Shown here in pieces: positions 29,365 through 40,500 of a DNA stretch of 64,000 nucleotides. The notes beneath the pieces were generated by a model that was given only the letters and a program-made list of their open reading frames with translations, was not told the DNA's origin and did not search any database. Positions within the stretch are counted from its first letter, which is position 1; every line of letters starts with the position of its first letter. Made by a program: the position numbers and the translations under genes. Origin of the DNA: an uncultured Acidobacteriota bacterium (GTDB taxonomy: Bacteria; Acidobacteriota; UBA6911); the NCBI GenBank assembly GCA_963827655.1, contig CAWHCF010000022.1:348967-412966 (forward strand). Direction: 5' to 3'.

Positions 29365-30792
29365 TCAATCGTAAATCGTCAATCGTAAATCGTAAATCTT
29401 GGGATCCTCGACTTCCTTCATCCAACGGGCCATCTCCTTGCGGAGACGGCCCAGATTCTCAGCATGCTTCGAGTCCATCGAGAGATCATGCATCTCCCAG
29501 GGGTCGCCTGCGAGATCGAAGAATTGCGTTTTACGCGTTCCTTTGCCGTCGGCCCCGACGAAGTACTCAATCAGCTTGTATCGCTCGTCGCGGACTGCTC
29601 GCTGTATGTTCCTGTAGGCAAAAAACAGCGTCTTTCGCAGCGTTGCTTGTTGACTCGTAATCACCGGGACGAGACTTCGCCCCTCGACGGTTTCCGGTAC
29701 CGGGATGCCCGAAACTTCGCACAGTGTCGGGAAAATATCGAACAGGTAAACGAATGCATCGATGCGCTTGCCCTTGGGAATATCCGGCCCTGCGATGATG
29801 AGAGGAACATGCACGCTGTGTTCATACACATTCTGCTTCCCCATGAGGCCATGCCGCCCCACCGCCAGGCCATTGTCGGCGGCAAAGACGATCACGGTAT
29901 TTCCGGCCTGTCCGCTTTCCTCGAGCGCCGCGAGCACCCGGCCAATCTGCGCGTCGAGATGTGTGATCATGGCATAGTAGTCCGCAATGTGCTTTCGTAT
30001 TACTTCAGGCGTCCGCGGACGGGGCGCCAGTTGCTCGTCGCGAACATTCATTTCCCCGTTGTCAAAGGAATGCTCGGCCATGAAATTCTTCGGCAGGACA
30101 ATCTTTTCGTCCTGGTACAAGTCTCGGAACTGCTTGGGCGCCATCCTCGGGTCGTGAGGAGCCGTATAGGGCAAGTATATGAAAAAGGGTTCCTGGCCTT
30201 TATGTTGCCGCAGAAACTGGATAGCCGCATCACTGAAAAGCTCGCTCGAAAAATTCCCGGCGAAGTGCTGCTTCTCTTTCGGGTACTTGCCCGACGGATC
30301 GAAATCGTTCACCGGCACTTTCAGATGGTCGCTCATTCCTCCGAAAAAAACGTTGCTGCCCGCAGTGAACCCCCGCGAGTAGACTTCCGGAGGGTTATGC
30401 CACTTCCCGGTCCCGAAAGTCGCGTACCCGGATTGGCGCATGATTTCAGGCAGCGTCGTGCCTTTGACAAAAGGCTGCGCGTGAAACAGCGTCCGGCCGG
30501 TCAGTAACATAGCCCGGCTCGGAACGCACACGGCGGCATTATCTCCGCCCATGATATAAGCGCGCGTGAAGGTAGTGCCTGTGGAAACCAGCTTATCCAA
30601 ATGCGGTGTGAGAATTTCCTTGTTACCCAGGGCTCGGATGGTATCGAAGCGCTGGTCGTCGGCCAGAAGGAACAGTATGTTGGGACGATTCCGCTGGGCG
30701 GCCTTCGCGCTTGTGGAAACTGCGAACGCGAGCTGGAGACCAAAGACAGCGGCGATGAATCTCCATGTTCCCGACGTCATGTAGCGACTCAT
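29365..30792 (-). CDS. sulfatase (formylglycine-dependent arylsulfatase family), signal peptide
   Basis: 'CVPSRAMLLTGR' sulfatase signature. N-terminal 'LLADDQRFD'. Confidence 0.85.
   Translation of the reverse strand: MSRYMTSGTWRFIAAVFGLQLAFAVSTSAKAAQRNRPNILFLLADDQRFDTIRALGNKEILTPHLDKLVSTGTTFTRAYIMGGDNAAVCVPSRAMLLTGRTLFHAQPFVKGTTLPEIMRQSGYATFGTGKWHNPPEVYSRGFTAGSNVFFGGMSDHLKVPVNDFDPSGKYPKEKQHFAGNFSSELFSDAAIQFLRQHKGQEPFFIYLPYTAPHDPRMAPKQFRDLYQDEKIVLPKNFMAEHSFDNGEMNVRDEQLAPRPRTPEVIRKHIADYYAMITHLDAQIGRVLAALEESGQAGNTVIVFAADNGLAVGRHGLMGKQNVYEHSVHVPLIIAGPDIPKGKRIDAFVYLFDIFPTLCEVSGIPVPETVEGRSLVPVITSQQATLRKTLFFAYRNIQRAVRDERYKLIEYFVGADGKGTRKTQFFDLAGDPWEMHDLSMDSKHAENLGRLRKEMARWMKEVEDPKIYDLRLTIYD
29366..29397. 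repeat. GATTGAC heptamer array, inverted orientation (about 4 units), overlapping the sulfatase C-terminus
   Basis: caatcgtaaatcgtcaatcgtaaatcgtaaatc. The sulfatase ends '...KIYDLRLTIYD*' inside the array. Confidence 0.85.
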
Positions 30793-30862
30793 CTCATAGC
30801 CGGGCCGGGCCCTTGGTTTCGAGTCTCGTTGAATGCCTGGCCGTCATTATAAACTTCTCACT

Positions 30863-30899
30863 TCGATTGTCGATTGACGATTGACGATTGACGATTACC
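30863..30899. repeat. GATTGAC heptamer array (about 5 units), 70 nt upstream of the sulfatase start
   Basis: cgattgtcgattgacgattgacgattgacgattaccg. Confidence 0.85.
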
Positions 30900-30920
30900 G
30901 CTTGGCGGTTAACCGTGGGA

Positions 30921-30947
30921 CAATGCCGTCCAATCGTCAATCAAAAG
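30921..30947. repeat. short inverted GATTGAC array with a conserved 'caatgccgtccaatcgtcaatc' leader
   Basis: The same 22-nt leader plus array recurs at 31015. Confidence 0.6.
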
Positions 30948-31014
30948 CCAGCCTCGAGGTACTCCGAACGTGGTCCTGTTCCATTCGACGATCATCGCAT
31001 GGCGAGGACCTGAA

Positions 31015-31064
31015 CAATGCCGTTCAATCGTCAATCGTAAATCGTCAATCGTCAATCCAAATGG
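31015..31064. repeat. GATTGAC heptamer array, inverted orientation (about 5 units)
   Basis: caatgccgttcaatcgtcaatcgtaaatcgtcaatcgtcaatccaaatgg. Confidence 0.85.
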
Positions 31065-31226
31065 CGGACTTCCACGTACAGGACTCCGACCTTGTCCTGG
31101 TCCTGTTGGATCCAGGCTTCAAGACGCCCGGGACCGGCCGGAAGGCGCACGCCGGAAAATGAATGCTTGCTCATCCCTGATTTCACGATCGCGTCACGCG
31201 TCACGCCCTGGAAGGCGAAATGGACA

Positions 31227-32795
31227 TTAGCCGGAGTTTCCGGCGAAGCAAATTCGAGAGTGATCTGGTAGCTGCCCTCCTTCGCAACATGGACTTCCCA
31301 ATACCCCAGACTCTTGGGCGTCCAGCTGGCGCTCGGACCGCGCCAGTCCTGGCGGGTGAGGATTGACCGGATTCTCGCGCGGGGAGCCCAGATGAATTCG
31401 GGGCGGAGCATAGCCTCTCGAAGCGCTGACATCTCGAAACCACGCCTCGTACCCCTGGCGCAGGCTTTTGACGATATCGGGGTGCCCGCCGGCGATGTTC
31501 TTGAGCTCGAACGGATCTGCGGCAATGTCGTAGAGCTCCAGGGCCGCGTTGGGCGGCGCGGCACGCTCCCCTGCGCCCAGGGGCTGAACGAGTTTGAAGC
31601 GCTGCGACTGCACGGCAAAAGAGCGGTAGAGTTCGGGCTGGTCTCCCCGGTGCCATTGGACATACAACGTGCGGTCCGGCCAGTTCTCGGTCTTCCCGAG
31701 CAACAGCGGTTGCAGGCTCGCGCCGTCAAAGGAAACGCCTGGCGGCCGGCTAATCCCGCACAGCTCGAGAAGCGTCGGGGCCACGTCGATGTGGGCCGCG
31801 ATGCGATCTACCTTCAGTCCCTCCTGGAGCCTTCCCGGCCAGCGCACGAAAAAGGGCACGCGAATTCCGCCCTCGTAGACACTCCCCTTTCGATCGCGCA
31901 AGCCGCTGTTGTAGCGAACCTGCTGGGGCCCGTTGTCCGTCATGAAGAGCACGATCGTATCGCCCGATAGCTTCAAACTCTCCAGTCTCTGGAACAGCCG
32001 CCCGAGGTTGTCGTCGATATTGGTGATCATGCCGTAGATCCGGGCCGTCTCATCGTGCGAGGGGTCCCTCGGCAGCGGTTGGCCGATTGCCGGGAATTCA
32101 CCGGAAGCAAGATTCATCCGGCTATAGGGAAGATAATCCTGTTCCGATACTTGCAGCGGCGTGTGCGGACAGTTGAAGGCAAGATAGGCGAAGAACGGCT
32201 TCTCTCCGGATTCCTCGATGAACTTCATCGTGGCATCCGTGAAAGCGTTCGTGCAGTAACCCTTCGCCCGCACCGTGGTCCCGTTGTGCTGCAGCAGAGG
32301 ATCGAAGTAACTCCCGCCTCCCGGAGGATCGGACGGTTGACCGATGCCACCCCCTTTGTGTACCAGAGACTCCTGGAAACCCTGATCGATCGGGCGCATC
32401 GGGTAGTTGTCTCCCAGGTGCCATTTTCCGAATATTCCGGTTCGATAGCCCGCCGCCGCCATCATCTCCGCCAGCGTGACCTCCTCCGGGTGCATCATCG
32501 CGCGTCCCAGATAGGTATCGACAACTCCGGTTCGGTAGTTGTAGCGGCCCGTCATGAGGCTCGCGCGTGTCGGCGCGCACACCGGTGACACATAGAAACG
32601 CTGGAACTGCACGCTCTCACGGGCGAACTTGTCGAGCTGCGGCGTTCGGATCTTCGGGTTTCCATGAAACCCAAGGTCCCCGTGCCCCTGGTCGTCTGTG
32701 ATGATCAGAAGGACATTGGGGCGCTTGGGAACTTGCGCCCGGGAGAATGTGACGGATACAAAAAACAGAAGGAACCAATAGACCAGTCGCGGCAT
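31227..32795 (-). CDS. sulfatase (formylglycine-dependent), signal peptide
   Basis: '[12 protein letters not shown]' signature. '[10 protein letters not shown]'. Confidence 0.85.
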   Translation of the reverse strand: MPRLVYWFLLFFVSVTFSRAQVPKRPNVLLIITDDQGHGDLGFHGNPKIRTPQLDKFARESVQFQRFYVSPVCAPTRASLMTGRYNYRTGVVDTYLGRAMMHPEEVTLAEMMAAAGYRTGIFGKWHLGDNYPMRPIDQGFQESLVHKGGGIGQPSDPPGGGSYFDPLLQHNGTTVRAKGYCTNAFTDATMKFIEESGEKPFFAYLAFNCPHTPLQVSEQDYLPYSRMNLASGEFPAIGQPLPRDPSHDETARIYGMITNIDDNLGRLFQRLESLKLSGDTIVLFMTDNGPQQVRYNSGLRDRKGSVYEGGIRVPFFVRWPGRLQEGLKVDRIAAHIDVAPTLLELCGISRPPGVSFDGASLQPLLLGKTENWPDRTLYVQWHRGDQPELYRSFAVQSQRFKLVQPLGAGERAAPPNAALELYDIAADPFELKNIAGGHPDIVKSLRQGYEAWFRDVSASRGYAPPRIHLGSPRENPVNPHPPGLARSERQLDAQESGVLGSPCCEGGQLPDHSRICFAGNSG

Positions 32796-32942
32796 TCGAG
32801 CGCTCCTTTCATTGCGATTTATACTGTATCAATGACGAGTATCTTCCTTCGTTTTTTTCTTTTTTCCTTAGTCTTTAGTCTTTTGTCTTTGTTACACTAG
32901 CGCCACCCTAGCATCGCGGACCTCATTCAGACGGAGGATAAC

Positions 32943-35900
32943 ATGCAGATTTCTTCGCGCGGCCTCCCAAGCGCGCTGTTTTGCCTGCTGGTGCTTTCGC
33001 TGTCAGTATCCAACCTTCCGGCCCAAACCCAAGGCGAAATTACCGGTGTGATCCGCGACGCGAGCGGCGGCGTGATTCCGGGAGCGACGGTCACAGTCAT
33101 CAACCCGGCTACGAACTTCACCCGGACGGCTGTCAGCAACGAGGCCGGCGTCTATAATTTCCCGTCTCTCCAGCCGGGGAAATACAATCTCAAAGTGGAG
33201 ATGTCCGGCTTCCGCACCGTCACACGAAACGATGTCGAGCTCCAGGTACAGCAATCGGCGCGCCTCGACTTCGCCATGGAAGTGGGGGCGGTGAGCGAAA
33301 TCATTGAAGTATCCGGCACCACGGCTCTGATAGCCTCGGAGAATGCGACGGTCGGCACCGTGATCGATAACCAGCGCATCGTAGACATGCCGCTCAACGG
33401 GCGCAACTTCCTGCAGCTGGTGTCGGCCAGTCCGCACACGAGCCAGGGCTTCAGCAGCGCCGGGCAGGCCGGGTCGCGGCAGGGGGGCACGCGCTCAACC
33501 CAGAACATTGCGATCGCGGGCCAGCGCAGCATGTTCAATCGGTTTACCCTCGACGGAGTCGAGAATACCGACGTCAACTTCAACACCTACGTGATCCTGC
33601 CCTCGATCGACGCGCTGCAGGAGTTCAAGGTCCAGACCGGCGTCTTCCCGGCCGAGTTCGGCCGAGCGACCAGCCAGATCAATGTCTCGACCAAGTCAGG
33701 AACCAATAGTTTTCATGGCGCGCTGTTCGAGTTCCACCGCAATGACAAGATCGACGCCAAGCAGTACGCCTTCACCTCCAACCGCCCGCCAAAGGATCCC
33801 TTCAAGTGGAACCAGTATGGCTTTACGGTGGGCGGTCCGATCTGGATCCCGAAGGTCTTCAACGGCCGCAACCGGCTCTTCTTCATGACGAATTTCGAGG
33901 GGTTCCGCGAGCGCCGCGCGACCCAGGGCTTCTTCACCGTGCCGTCGGCGGCCATGCGCGAGGGCAATTTCTCGGAAATCTCGACCCCCATCTTATGACC
34001 CGCTCGCCCGAACGACCCAGTTCCCCGGGAACATCATCCCAAGGAACCGGATCCACCCAACCTCGCGTCGACCTGCTGGAGTTCTACCCGGCGCCGAACG
34101 TCAACACCGGAAGCCTGGTGTCAAATCATCAGAATGCCCGGAACAACCGGACCGACAAGGACCAGTTCATCGTGCGCATCGACTTTGTCGAGAACGCGAA
34201 ATCAAACTGGTTCGGACGCTACAGTTTCGGGGACGAGGAACAGATCAATCCGAATTTCTACCTTAACGGCTCCAAGCTGCTGACCAATGTCGATCAGGCG
34301 ATGATCGGTAACACGCGGGTGTTCTCGCCTTCGGTGGTCAACGAGTTCCGCGCCGGCTATAACTACTTCTTCAATAGCCTGGGGCGCGAGCTCGCCAATG
34401 AGCGCGACGTGGTTTCGGAACTGGATATCCCCGGCATCTCGACGGCGCCGCCGATTGCCTGGGGAATCCCGAGCGTCAGCGTCCAGGGATTCGCCGGCTT
34501 CGGCGACGACTCCGAAGGGCCGTACGTCAATAAGAACCACCTGTACCAGTTCGTGGATAACCTATCCTGGACGCGCGGCAAGCACTCGCTGCGCTTCGGA
34601 TTCGAGATCCGGAACGACCAGTATAACCAGATCGGAAACCAGTTCGCGCGGGGGGCGTTCCTTTTCGAGGCCAACGCCACCACTAGCCCGGGCGCAGCGA
34701 TTCCGGGTGGTTATGGATTTGCTGACTTCCTCCTCGGCTACTGCAAGCGCTGCGAGGCTTCGGTAGCGCTCGCGGAGGCGCATTTCCGGGCCACGAGCCA
34801 GTACTGGTACGTCGACGATACCTGGAAGATCCACCCCAAGGTGACACTCAATCTCGGGCTGCGCTACGAGTTCACCCCGACCTGGTTTGACACCAACGGA
34901 ACCCTGGTGAATGCGCATATTCCGGCCTTCGACAACACTGCCGAACGTCCAGGACCTCAGCCGCCACCCGACACTGGTCCGGATCGGGAGCGGCGATTTC
35001 TACGAGAACATCCCGCTGCGCTTCAACCCGGCGATCAAGGTCGCCCGCGACGGACGATTGGGCGAGAAGCTGGTAAAGAACGACAAGAACGACTTCGCCC
35101 CGCGCCTGGGCATCGCCTGGAGCCCCAACTTGAAGTGGGTGGTGCGCACCGGTGCAGGGATGTTCTACTCGCAAGATACCGGCAATCCGCGGTTCGACAT
35201 GGCGCGCAACATGGCTGGACGGCGGCGCGACGAGGCTACACCCACCGATATCGGCCTGAACTGGGATGCGCCCTTCCGGAATCTGGGCGGTACGGTCCAG
35301 ATTAATAACCCTTATGTGCTGGCAAACATTTTCGACCGCCGAAGTCCATATTCCTTTCAGTACCTCCTGAATGTGCAGCGCGAGGTCGGCAAGGACACGG
35401 CGGTCGAGATCGGCTATCTCGGTTCAGTCAGCCGCAAGCTCGAGTCGCTGCGCGCCTTCAACGAGTCGATACCGGGCGCCACCGGTACGGTGCTCGAACG
35501 GGCTCCCTACCCGGAGTTCGGCCGAATCCAGGAGGTCGACGGCAGCGGCAAGGCGAACTACAACTCGCTGGGCGTCAAGGTACAGAGGCGATTTTCGGAT
35601 GGCCTGACTTATCTTTTCGCCTACACCTGGTCGCGCTCGATCGACACGGCGAGCGCAATCCGCAACCACGGCGGCGACACGCTCTTCCCGCAGAACAGCT
35701 ACGACCTGGCGGCGGAACGCGCGCCTTCAAGCTTCAACACGACCCACCGCGCCGTCAGTACGGTTTTGTACGAGCTGCCCTTCGGCAACGGGCGGCAATT
35801 CCTGAATCAGGGCGGCGTGATCGACGCGTTCCTGGGCGGCTGGCAGCTCGGCTCGATCCTCGCGCTGCAGAGCGGCTTCCCGATCACGGTCGTCTCCGGA

Positions 35901-36284
35901 GTGGACCGGTCGAACATCGGAGCCGGTTTCGACCGGCCGAACTACATCTCCGGCCAGACGGTGGCGATTCCACGCGGCGAGCAGGATCCCGAACTCTTCT
36001 TCAACACCGGGCGTTCGTCACACAGCCATTGGGCACATTTGGCAACGTGGGGCGCAACAGTCTGACCGGACCGGGCCTGATTCAGTGGGACTTCTCGATC
36101 CACAAGGACTTCCGGATCGTTGAGGGGCAGTTCGTGCAGTTCCGGTTCGAGGCCTTCAACTTCCCCAATCATCCGAACTGGGGCAACCCCGACACCTCGA
36201 TCACAAGCCACGAACTACGGAAAAATTCGCGGCACACGCACAAACATGCGTGAACTGCAGTTCGCCTTGAAGTATCTCTTCTAG
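32943..36284 (+). pseudogene. Oar-like TonB-dependent receptor (CarboxypepD_reg N-domain), broken into 5 frames by at least 4 single-nt frameshifts
   Basis: Signal peptide plus CarboxypepD_reg domain (32943..33998). Continues in ORFs 33806..35305, 34911..36065 and 36029..36253, and ends with the canonical 'TNMRELQFALKYLF*' in a fifth frame (to 36284). The junction near 36200 is consistent with a 1-nt insertion. Confidence 0.65.
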
Positions 36285-36382
36285 AAATTCCTGACCCTTG
36301 GCGTCTTGGCGGAAGCAACCGCCAGGACGCAAGGGGTTGAGTAGACCTGCGCATTAGACTTCGCGGTTAGCGTTTCATATCC

Positions 36383-37312
36383 TCAGTGCGGCGCCACCGC
36401 ATCCCTCAGGTGCGAGATATTGGTGTAACCGTTCATCGCCAGCCGGCAGGACGGTCCCGGTCCATGGAACCGCGGGGCGTGAAACGTGAAGATGGGAGCG
36501 TACACGACATCTCCCTCGTCGGCGATTATCACGCCCTGGTTTTCGATCGGGTAGCGGATCTGACCCGCCATGATCAACCAGAATTCCGCGCACTCCGGAT
36601 GGTAATGCCCCCGATCTTTGGGGTTGAGCGGAGGCAGATCCTTCTCATGACCGTAAATGATGTTGGCCACGGCCCGGTCGTCATGGACAAACCGGCCGCC
36701 CCTGTAATTGGGGGCTTTCGCCAGTTCGTACAGGTTGATATGCGGCTGGTTGCCGTTATCGTAAGGCCCCGGCTTCCGGTTCAGGGTCACGCGAATCCAA
36801 TCGAGGCCTGGCGTTTTCGGCGGTTGCACTTCTTCGGGATAAAGGGTCTTGGCCCGGGCGATATTGACTTCAAATCTCAACGCCGGCTTGTCTCCGACCG
36901 TCTCCATCGAGTAGATCGTCTGCATCGGAACCTGAACCATGGAGCCCTTGGCTGCGACGAAGGGCTCCTGCCCTTCAATCTCGAAGCGAATCTGTCCATC
37001 CATCACGATCCACCACTCGCGGGTATCCGGATGGAAACGCTTGGAGACCTTCGTGCCAGGCGCGGTCGAGATGTACTCGCCGTGCAGGTGATCGTCATCG
37101 ACAATGACTTCCTTCCAATCCGCGCGCCCTTTGTTCTTGGCTTTGAGATCCGCCAGTTTCGTGTGGGGTTTGTGGGGCGCGACATATTTAGTCGGCTCCA
37201 CGGGCTTGGGCGCCCACGACGGGGTTTCCGGCGTTCCGCGACGTTGCTGCGCGATTCCAGCAAGAGCAAAGACCGCGATACCCATTACCAGAGCTGCAAT
37301 TTTTCTGTCCAT
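36383..37312 (-). CDS. secreted bicupin protein
   Basis: Two cupin-like halves ('WWIVMDGQIRFEIEGQE' / 'EFWLIMAGQIRYPIENQG'). Start taken at 'MDRKIAALVMGIAVFALAG'. Confidence 0.55.
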   Translation of the reverse strand: MDRKIAALVMGIAVFALAGIAQQRRGTPETPSWAPKPVEPTKYVAPHKPHTKLADLKAKNKGRADWKEVIVDDDHLHGEYISTAPGTKVSKRFHPDTREWWIVMDGQIRFEIEGQEPFVAAKGSMVQVPMQTIYSMETVGDKPALRFEVNIARAKTLYPEEVQPPKTPGLDWIRVTLNRKPGPYDNGNQPHINLYELAKAPNYRGGRFVHDDRAVANIIYGHEKDLPPLNPKDRGHYHPECAEFWLIMAGQIRYPIENQGVIIADEGDVVYAPIFTFHAPRFHGPGPSCRLAMNGYTNISHLRDAVAPH

Positions 37313-37340
37313 AATCACTCCTCGGAACGATTTGCTCAGG

Positions 37341-37378
37341 TCAACCACAAAGACGCTGCGACACAGCGAGATGCACCA
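37341..37378. repeat. degenerate fragment of repeat family A abutting a GATTGAC heptamer array
   Basis: gtcaaccacaaagacgctgcgacacagcgag. Confidence 0.4.
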
Positions 37379-37420
37379 ATCGTCAATCGTAAATCGTAAA
37401 TCGTCAATTCAAATTGACTT
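37375..37420. repeat. GATTGAC heptamer array, inverted orientation (about 5 units), between the amidohydrolase and bicupin genes
   Basis: caccaatcgtcaatcgtaaatcgtaaatcgtcaattcaaattgac. Confidence 0.85.
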
Positions 37421-38810
37421 CGCGCCCGCCTATCCAGATTTTGTTGATCTTCCGCGTATTTCGGATGTCTTGCAGCGGATCCGCATCGAGAAGAATCAGG
37501 TCCGCTCGCTTCCCCTTTTGCACCGTGCCGAAATCCTGAGCGATCCCGAAGCACTCCGCAGACTTGGATGTTGCCACCTGCAATGCCTGGGCCGGAGTCA
37601 AGCCGGCCTGGACCATCAGTTCAAGCTCGCGATGTTCGAAAAAGCCCTGAAAGCGCGACGGTGGCCCGCTGTCGGACCCGAACGCGATTCTGACTCCCGC
37701 GTCCCACAGCTTCTTCAAGTTTTTCTGACCCATGGAGAGTTGCCCGGGATATTTGGACAAATCAGGGTCTGACTTGATCCGCTGACCATAAGCCGGGTCT
37801 TTGAGCTGACGGATGATGTCGGGCTCGACCCATTTGCTGAAGAACGGATCGTCCAGAAATTTAGGGGGTTCGGTGTATATGAATGTCGATTCTTCACGGA
37901 CGAGCGTGGGCACGGCGAACGTCTTCTTTGCCTTAAGCGTCTTGATCAGCGCGTCGTCCACTTCGCGATCGCGCACACTGTGAGCCATGCCATCCAGGCC
38001 GGCGTCCACCAGTCCCTTGGCATCCTCCAGGTAAAACAGGTGTGCCATAACTCGAAGTTTGTGCTTGTGGGCTTCGTCAATTATGGCGCGGTACAGTTCG
38101 GGTCGAATTTTTGAAAAATGGCCCCAATGATCATCAACCCAGATTTTCACCATGTCCACTTTTTGCCGGGCGAGTTCCTGAACGTTGCGCCGAGCCTCGT
38201 CGGTGGTGTCGACTTCCCGCGGTACGCCGGCGTTGCCCGGCAGCACGGCGGGATAGCCGTTCTTTCCGGTGAATCCACGACCGGCCGTGAACACGGTTGC
38301 GCGCGCGGGCTCATCCGCTTTAGCCGCCCCGCGGACTTCAAACATCGGCTCGAAATCGGTCCCGAGGCTCAGGACTGTGGTCACTCCGTAACGAGCATAC
38401 TGCCTGAGCTGAGCGAGAACGTTTTCCTTGGTGTAGTTCTCACGACCGGCTTTCAAACCCCTGGTCATTCCCACATGACCGTGAAGATTGATAAAGCCCG
38501 GAATGAGGACCTTCCCTTTGCCCGATATCGTTGTGGCGCCGGCCGGCGGCGACACTGTGCCGCGCGGTCCCACCGCCTGAATCCGGTCGCCGCTGATCAC
38601 CAGGACTCCATCCTGGATTGGAGCTCTTCCGCTGCCGTCCCAGATTCTGGCGCCCTCGATGACGATAGACGGTTCGGCAGCCGCCGCAGGCCGGGTGGTC
38701 CTCTCGAAGCCGCTGTGCATTAAAATGAGAAGCACCGCGATCGCCACGCACCGCCCTGTATGAATCATGCAAATCTTGTCAGTGCCCATCGAACTTCTCC
38801 TGAAAAACAT
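37404..38810 (-). CDS. metal-dependent amidohydrolase family protein, secreted
   Basis: 'IPGFINLHGHVGM' HxH motif and the amidohydrolase_1 pattern to the C-terminus. Confidence 0.8.
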   Translation of the reverse strand: MFFRRSSMGTDKICMIHTGRCVAIAVLLILMHSGFERTTRPAAAAEPSIVIEGARIWDGSGRAPIQDGVLVISGDRIQAVGPRGTVSPPAGATTISGKGKVLIPGFINLHGHVGMTRGLKAGRENYTKENVLAQLRQYARYGVTTVLSLGTDFEPMFEVRGAAKADEPARATVFTAGRGFTGKNGYPAVLPGNAGVPREVDTTDEARRNVQELARQKVDMVKIWVDDHWGHFSKIRPELYRAIIDEAHKHKLRVMAHLFYLEDAKGLVDAGLDGMAHSVRDREVDDALIKTLKAKKTFAVPTLVREESTFIYTEPPKFLDDPFFSKWVEPDIIRQLKDPAYGQRIKSDPDLSKYPGQLSMGQKNLKKLWDAGVRIAFGSDSGPPSRFQGFFEHRELELMVQAGLTPAQALQVATSKSAECFGIAQDFGTVQKGKRADLILLDADPLQDIRNTRKINKIWIGGREVNLN

Positions 38811-38980
38811 CGCTAATCACGGTCAAATGAATACGCCGATCGTGCCCCGTTCTCGATCAAGTACAACGTCAACGTAGACGTTAGACGTTGACACGGTCGT
38901 GCACGTGCTCGTGGTCGGCTGTCGCGCTTCCTGAGCCATTAGTCTCGACCGCTAATTGCGAAATGCCGTACTAAGTTTTA

Positions 38981-40261
38981 TCAGCGGGACCACAAAAGCC
39001 CGAACACCAGGTAGCATCCCGCGGCGGCAATCAAAGTCATCGAAAGACCCCAGGCCAGCATCCTCCTGAATAGGGAGCGAACATCGGTGTTCGGCGCAGC
39101 AGCGGCAATGCAGAGCGCGCCGGTGGTTGAGAGGGGTGAGACATCCACCAGGTGAGCGCCGACGTTCATCGACGAAGCAATGGCCATCGCATCGCCCCCT
39201 CCGAGCTTGGTGATGAGCCCGGGGACGGTAGGCAAAAATGCCGGAAGCACTACGCCTGAGGTACTGCTGTACACGGAAATCGAGCCGGTCAGAAACGCCG
39301 TCACACCGGTGACTGTCGTCTCCGAAGAAAAACGGGCCAGCAGCGCAGTGAACAGATCCATTCCGCCGGTCTTTTCGAGCAACGCGATCAGAACCGTCAC
39401 GCCGCTGACCATCAAGATCGGCCCCCATGGCATGGTTCGAATGGCGATCGCCTCATCGGCCGCTCCGACCAGGGCAAGCAATACCGCCCCGGCTAACGCC
39501 CCCATCCCGACGTTGATGTCGAAAAAGATCACGGCTATGATCAGGGCGCCAATGACCCCCAGGGTCAGCCAGTGCTTGCGTTCGAAATCTCGACCGGCGT
39601 GATCAGGATGGAGCAAAACCCCATCGCCCGGAGCTTCTTCCTCGCGGTAAGTCCGGTTGAAGAATCGCCAGCCGCCGAAAGCGAAATAGCCGGCGAAAGC
39701 GACGGTGGAATGGGCAACCATTACGTTGGCGTAGTTCTGCCACTCTACTCCGGTCAAACCCATTTTCGTCATCAAACCATTGACGATGATTCCGGTGGGG
39801 GCGAAGGGAGAAAGCGAACTTGCGTTGGCTCCGTTCCCTACCATGATCGCCATCAAGAAAGCCGATATGCCCGTCCGGCCCGCGACGGCCATCGCCATGG
39901 GCGCGATCAGAGCGGCCGCGGCTATGCTTCCGGGACCGATCGAGCCCAGCACCAATGCCAGACCGAAAAACATGATCGGGATGAGTCCCAGGTTCCCTTT
40001 ACAGCTCTTCACCGCGCGTTGGGCCACCTTGTCCAAGGTTCCGTTAGACTGCGCCTGGGAGAACAGCAGCGTGACGCCCACCAGCGTCAGAAACAACTGG
40101 GTTGGGAATCCGGCTGCGATTTCGGCGAGCCGCATTCCACCCAAATAGACGCCGATAATCCAGGCCAGGGCCATCGACAGAATGCCGACGTTTATTTTCG
40201 TCGTGCAGCTGACTATGATGGCCACCGCCAGGGCGAAGAGGGAAACCCAAGCCAGGTTCAT
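38981..40261 (-). CDS. anion permease of the ArsB/NhaD (GntP/DASS-like) superfamily
   Basis: About 12 TM helices, with the repeated hairpin-type motifs 'GNGANASSLSPF' / 'NVGAHLVDVSPLSTTG'. Confidence 0.6.
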   Translation of the reverse strand: MNLAWVSLFALAVAIIVSCTTKINVGILSMALAWIIGVYLGGMRLAEIAAGFPTQLFLTLVGVTLLFSQAQSNGTLDKVAQRAVKSCKGNLGLIPIMFFGLALVLGSIGPGSIAAAALIAPMAMAVAGRTGISAFLMAIMVGNGANASSLSPFAPTGIIVNGLMTKMGLTGVEWQNYANVMVAHSTVAFAGYFAFGGWRFFNRTYREEEAPGDGVLLHPDHAGRDFERKHWLTLGVIGALIIAVIFFDINVGMGALAGAVLLALVGAADEAIAIRTMPWGPILMVSGVTVLIALLEKTGGMDLFTALLARFSSETTVTGVTAFLTGSISVYSSTSGVVLPAFLPTVPGLITKLGGGDAMAIASSMNVGAHLVDVSPLSTTGALCIAAAAPNTDVRSLFRRMLAWGLSMTLIAAAGCYLVFGLLWSR

Positions 40262-40500
40262 TTGACCTTCCGGTTCGAGCTGCTTTTTGGGGAGCCCATA
40301 CTACCACGCGCATCGCTTGCGATAGACGATTATTGGAGGCGGCGAGGGTCGGCGTCCTGGCCGCAGAGTGACGGGTCTCTTTGCGTCGTCGAGTCATCGC
40401 GATTTGATAGTCATTGAATTTCCCGGCCGCGTAGCACTATTGTTAGGCCGCCCCCAACCCAAGGGGTCCATCTCAACCAATGCTTTGAGGAGAGCAGACG

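Noticed and set aside
29286-31230. ORFs reading through heptamer arrays that give 'SIVNRKSSIVNRKS'-type peptides (29286..29660, 30881..31162, 30970..31230, 37104..37772, 60115..60324)
   Set aside because: The repetitive peptides are simply translations of the GATTGAC arrays. They overlap real genes on the opposite strand and have no other coding signal.
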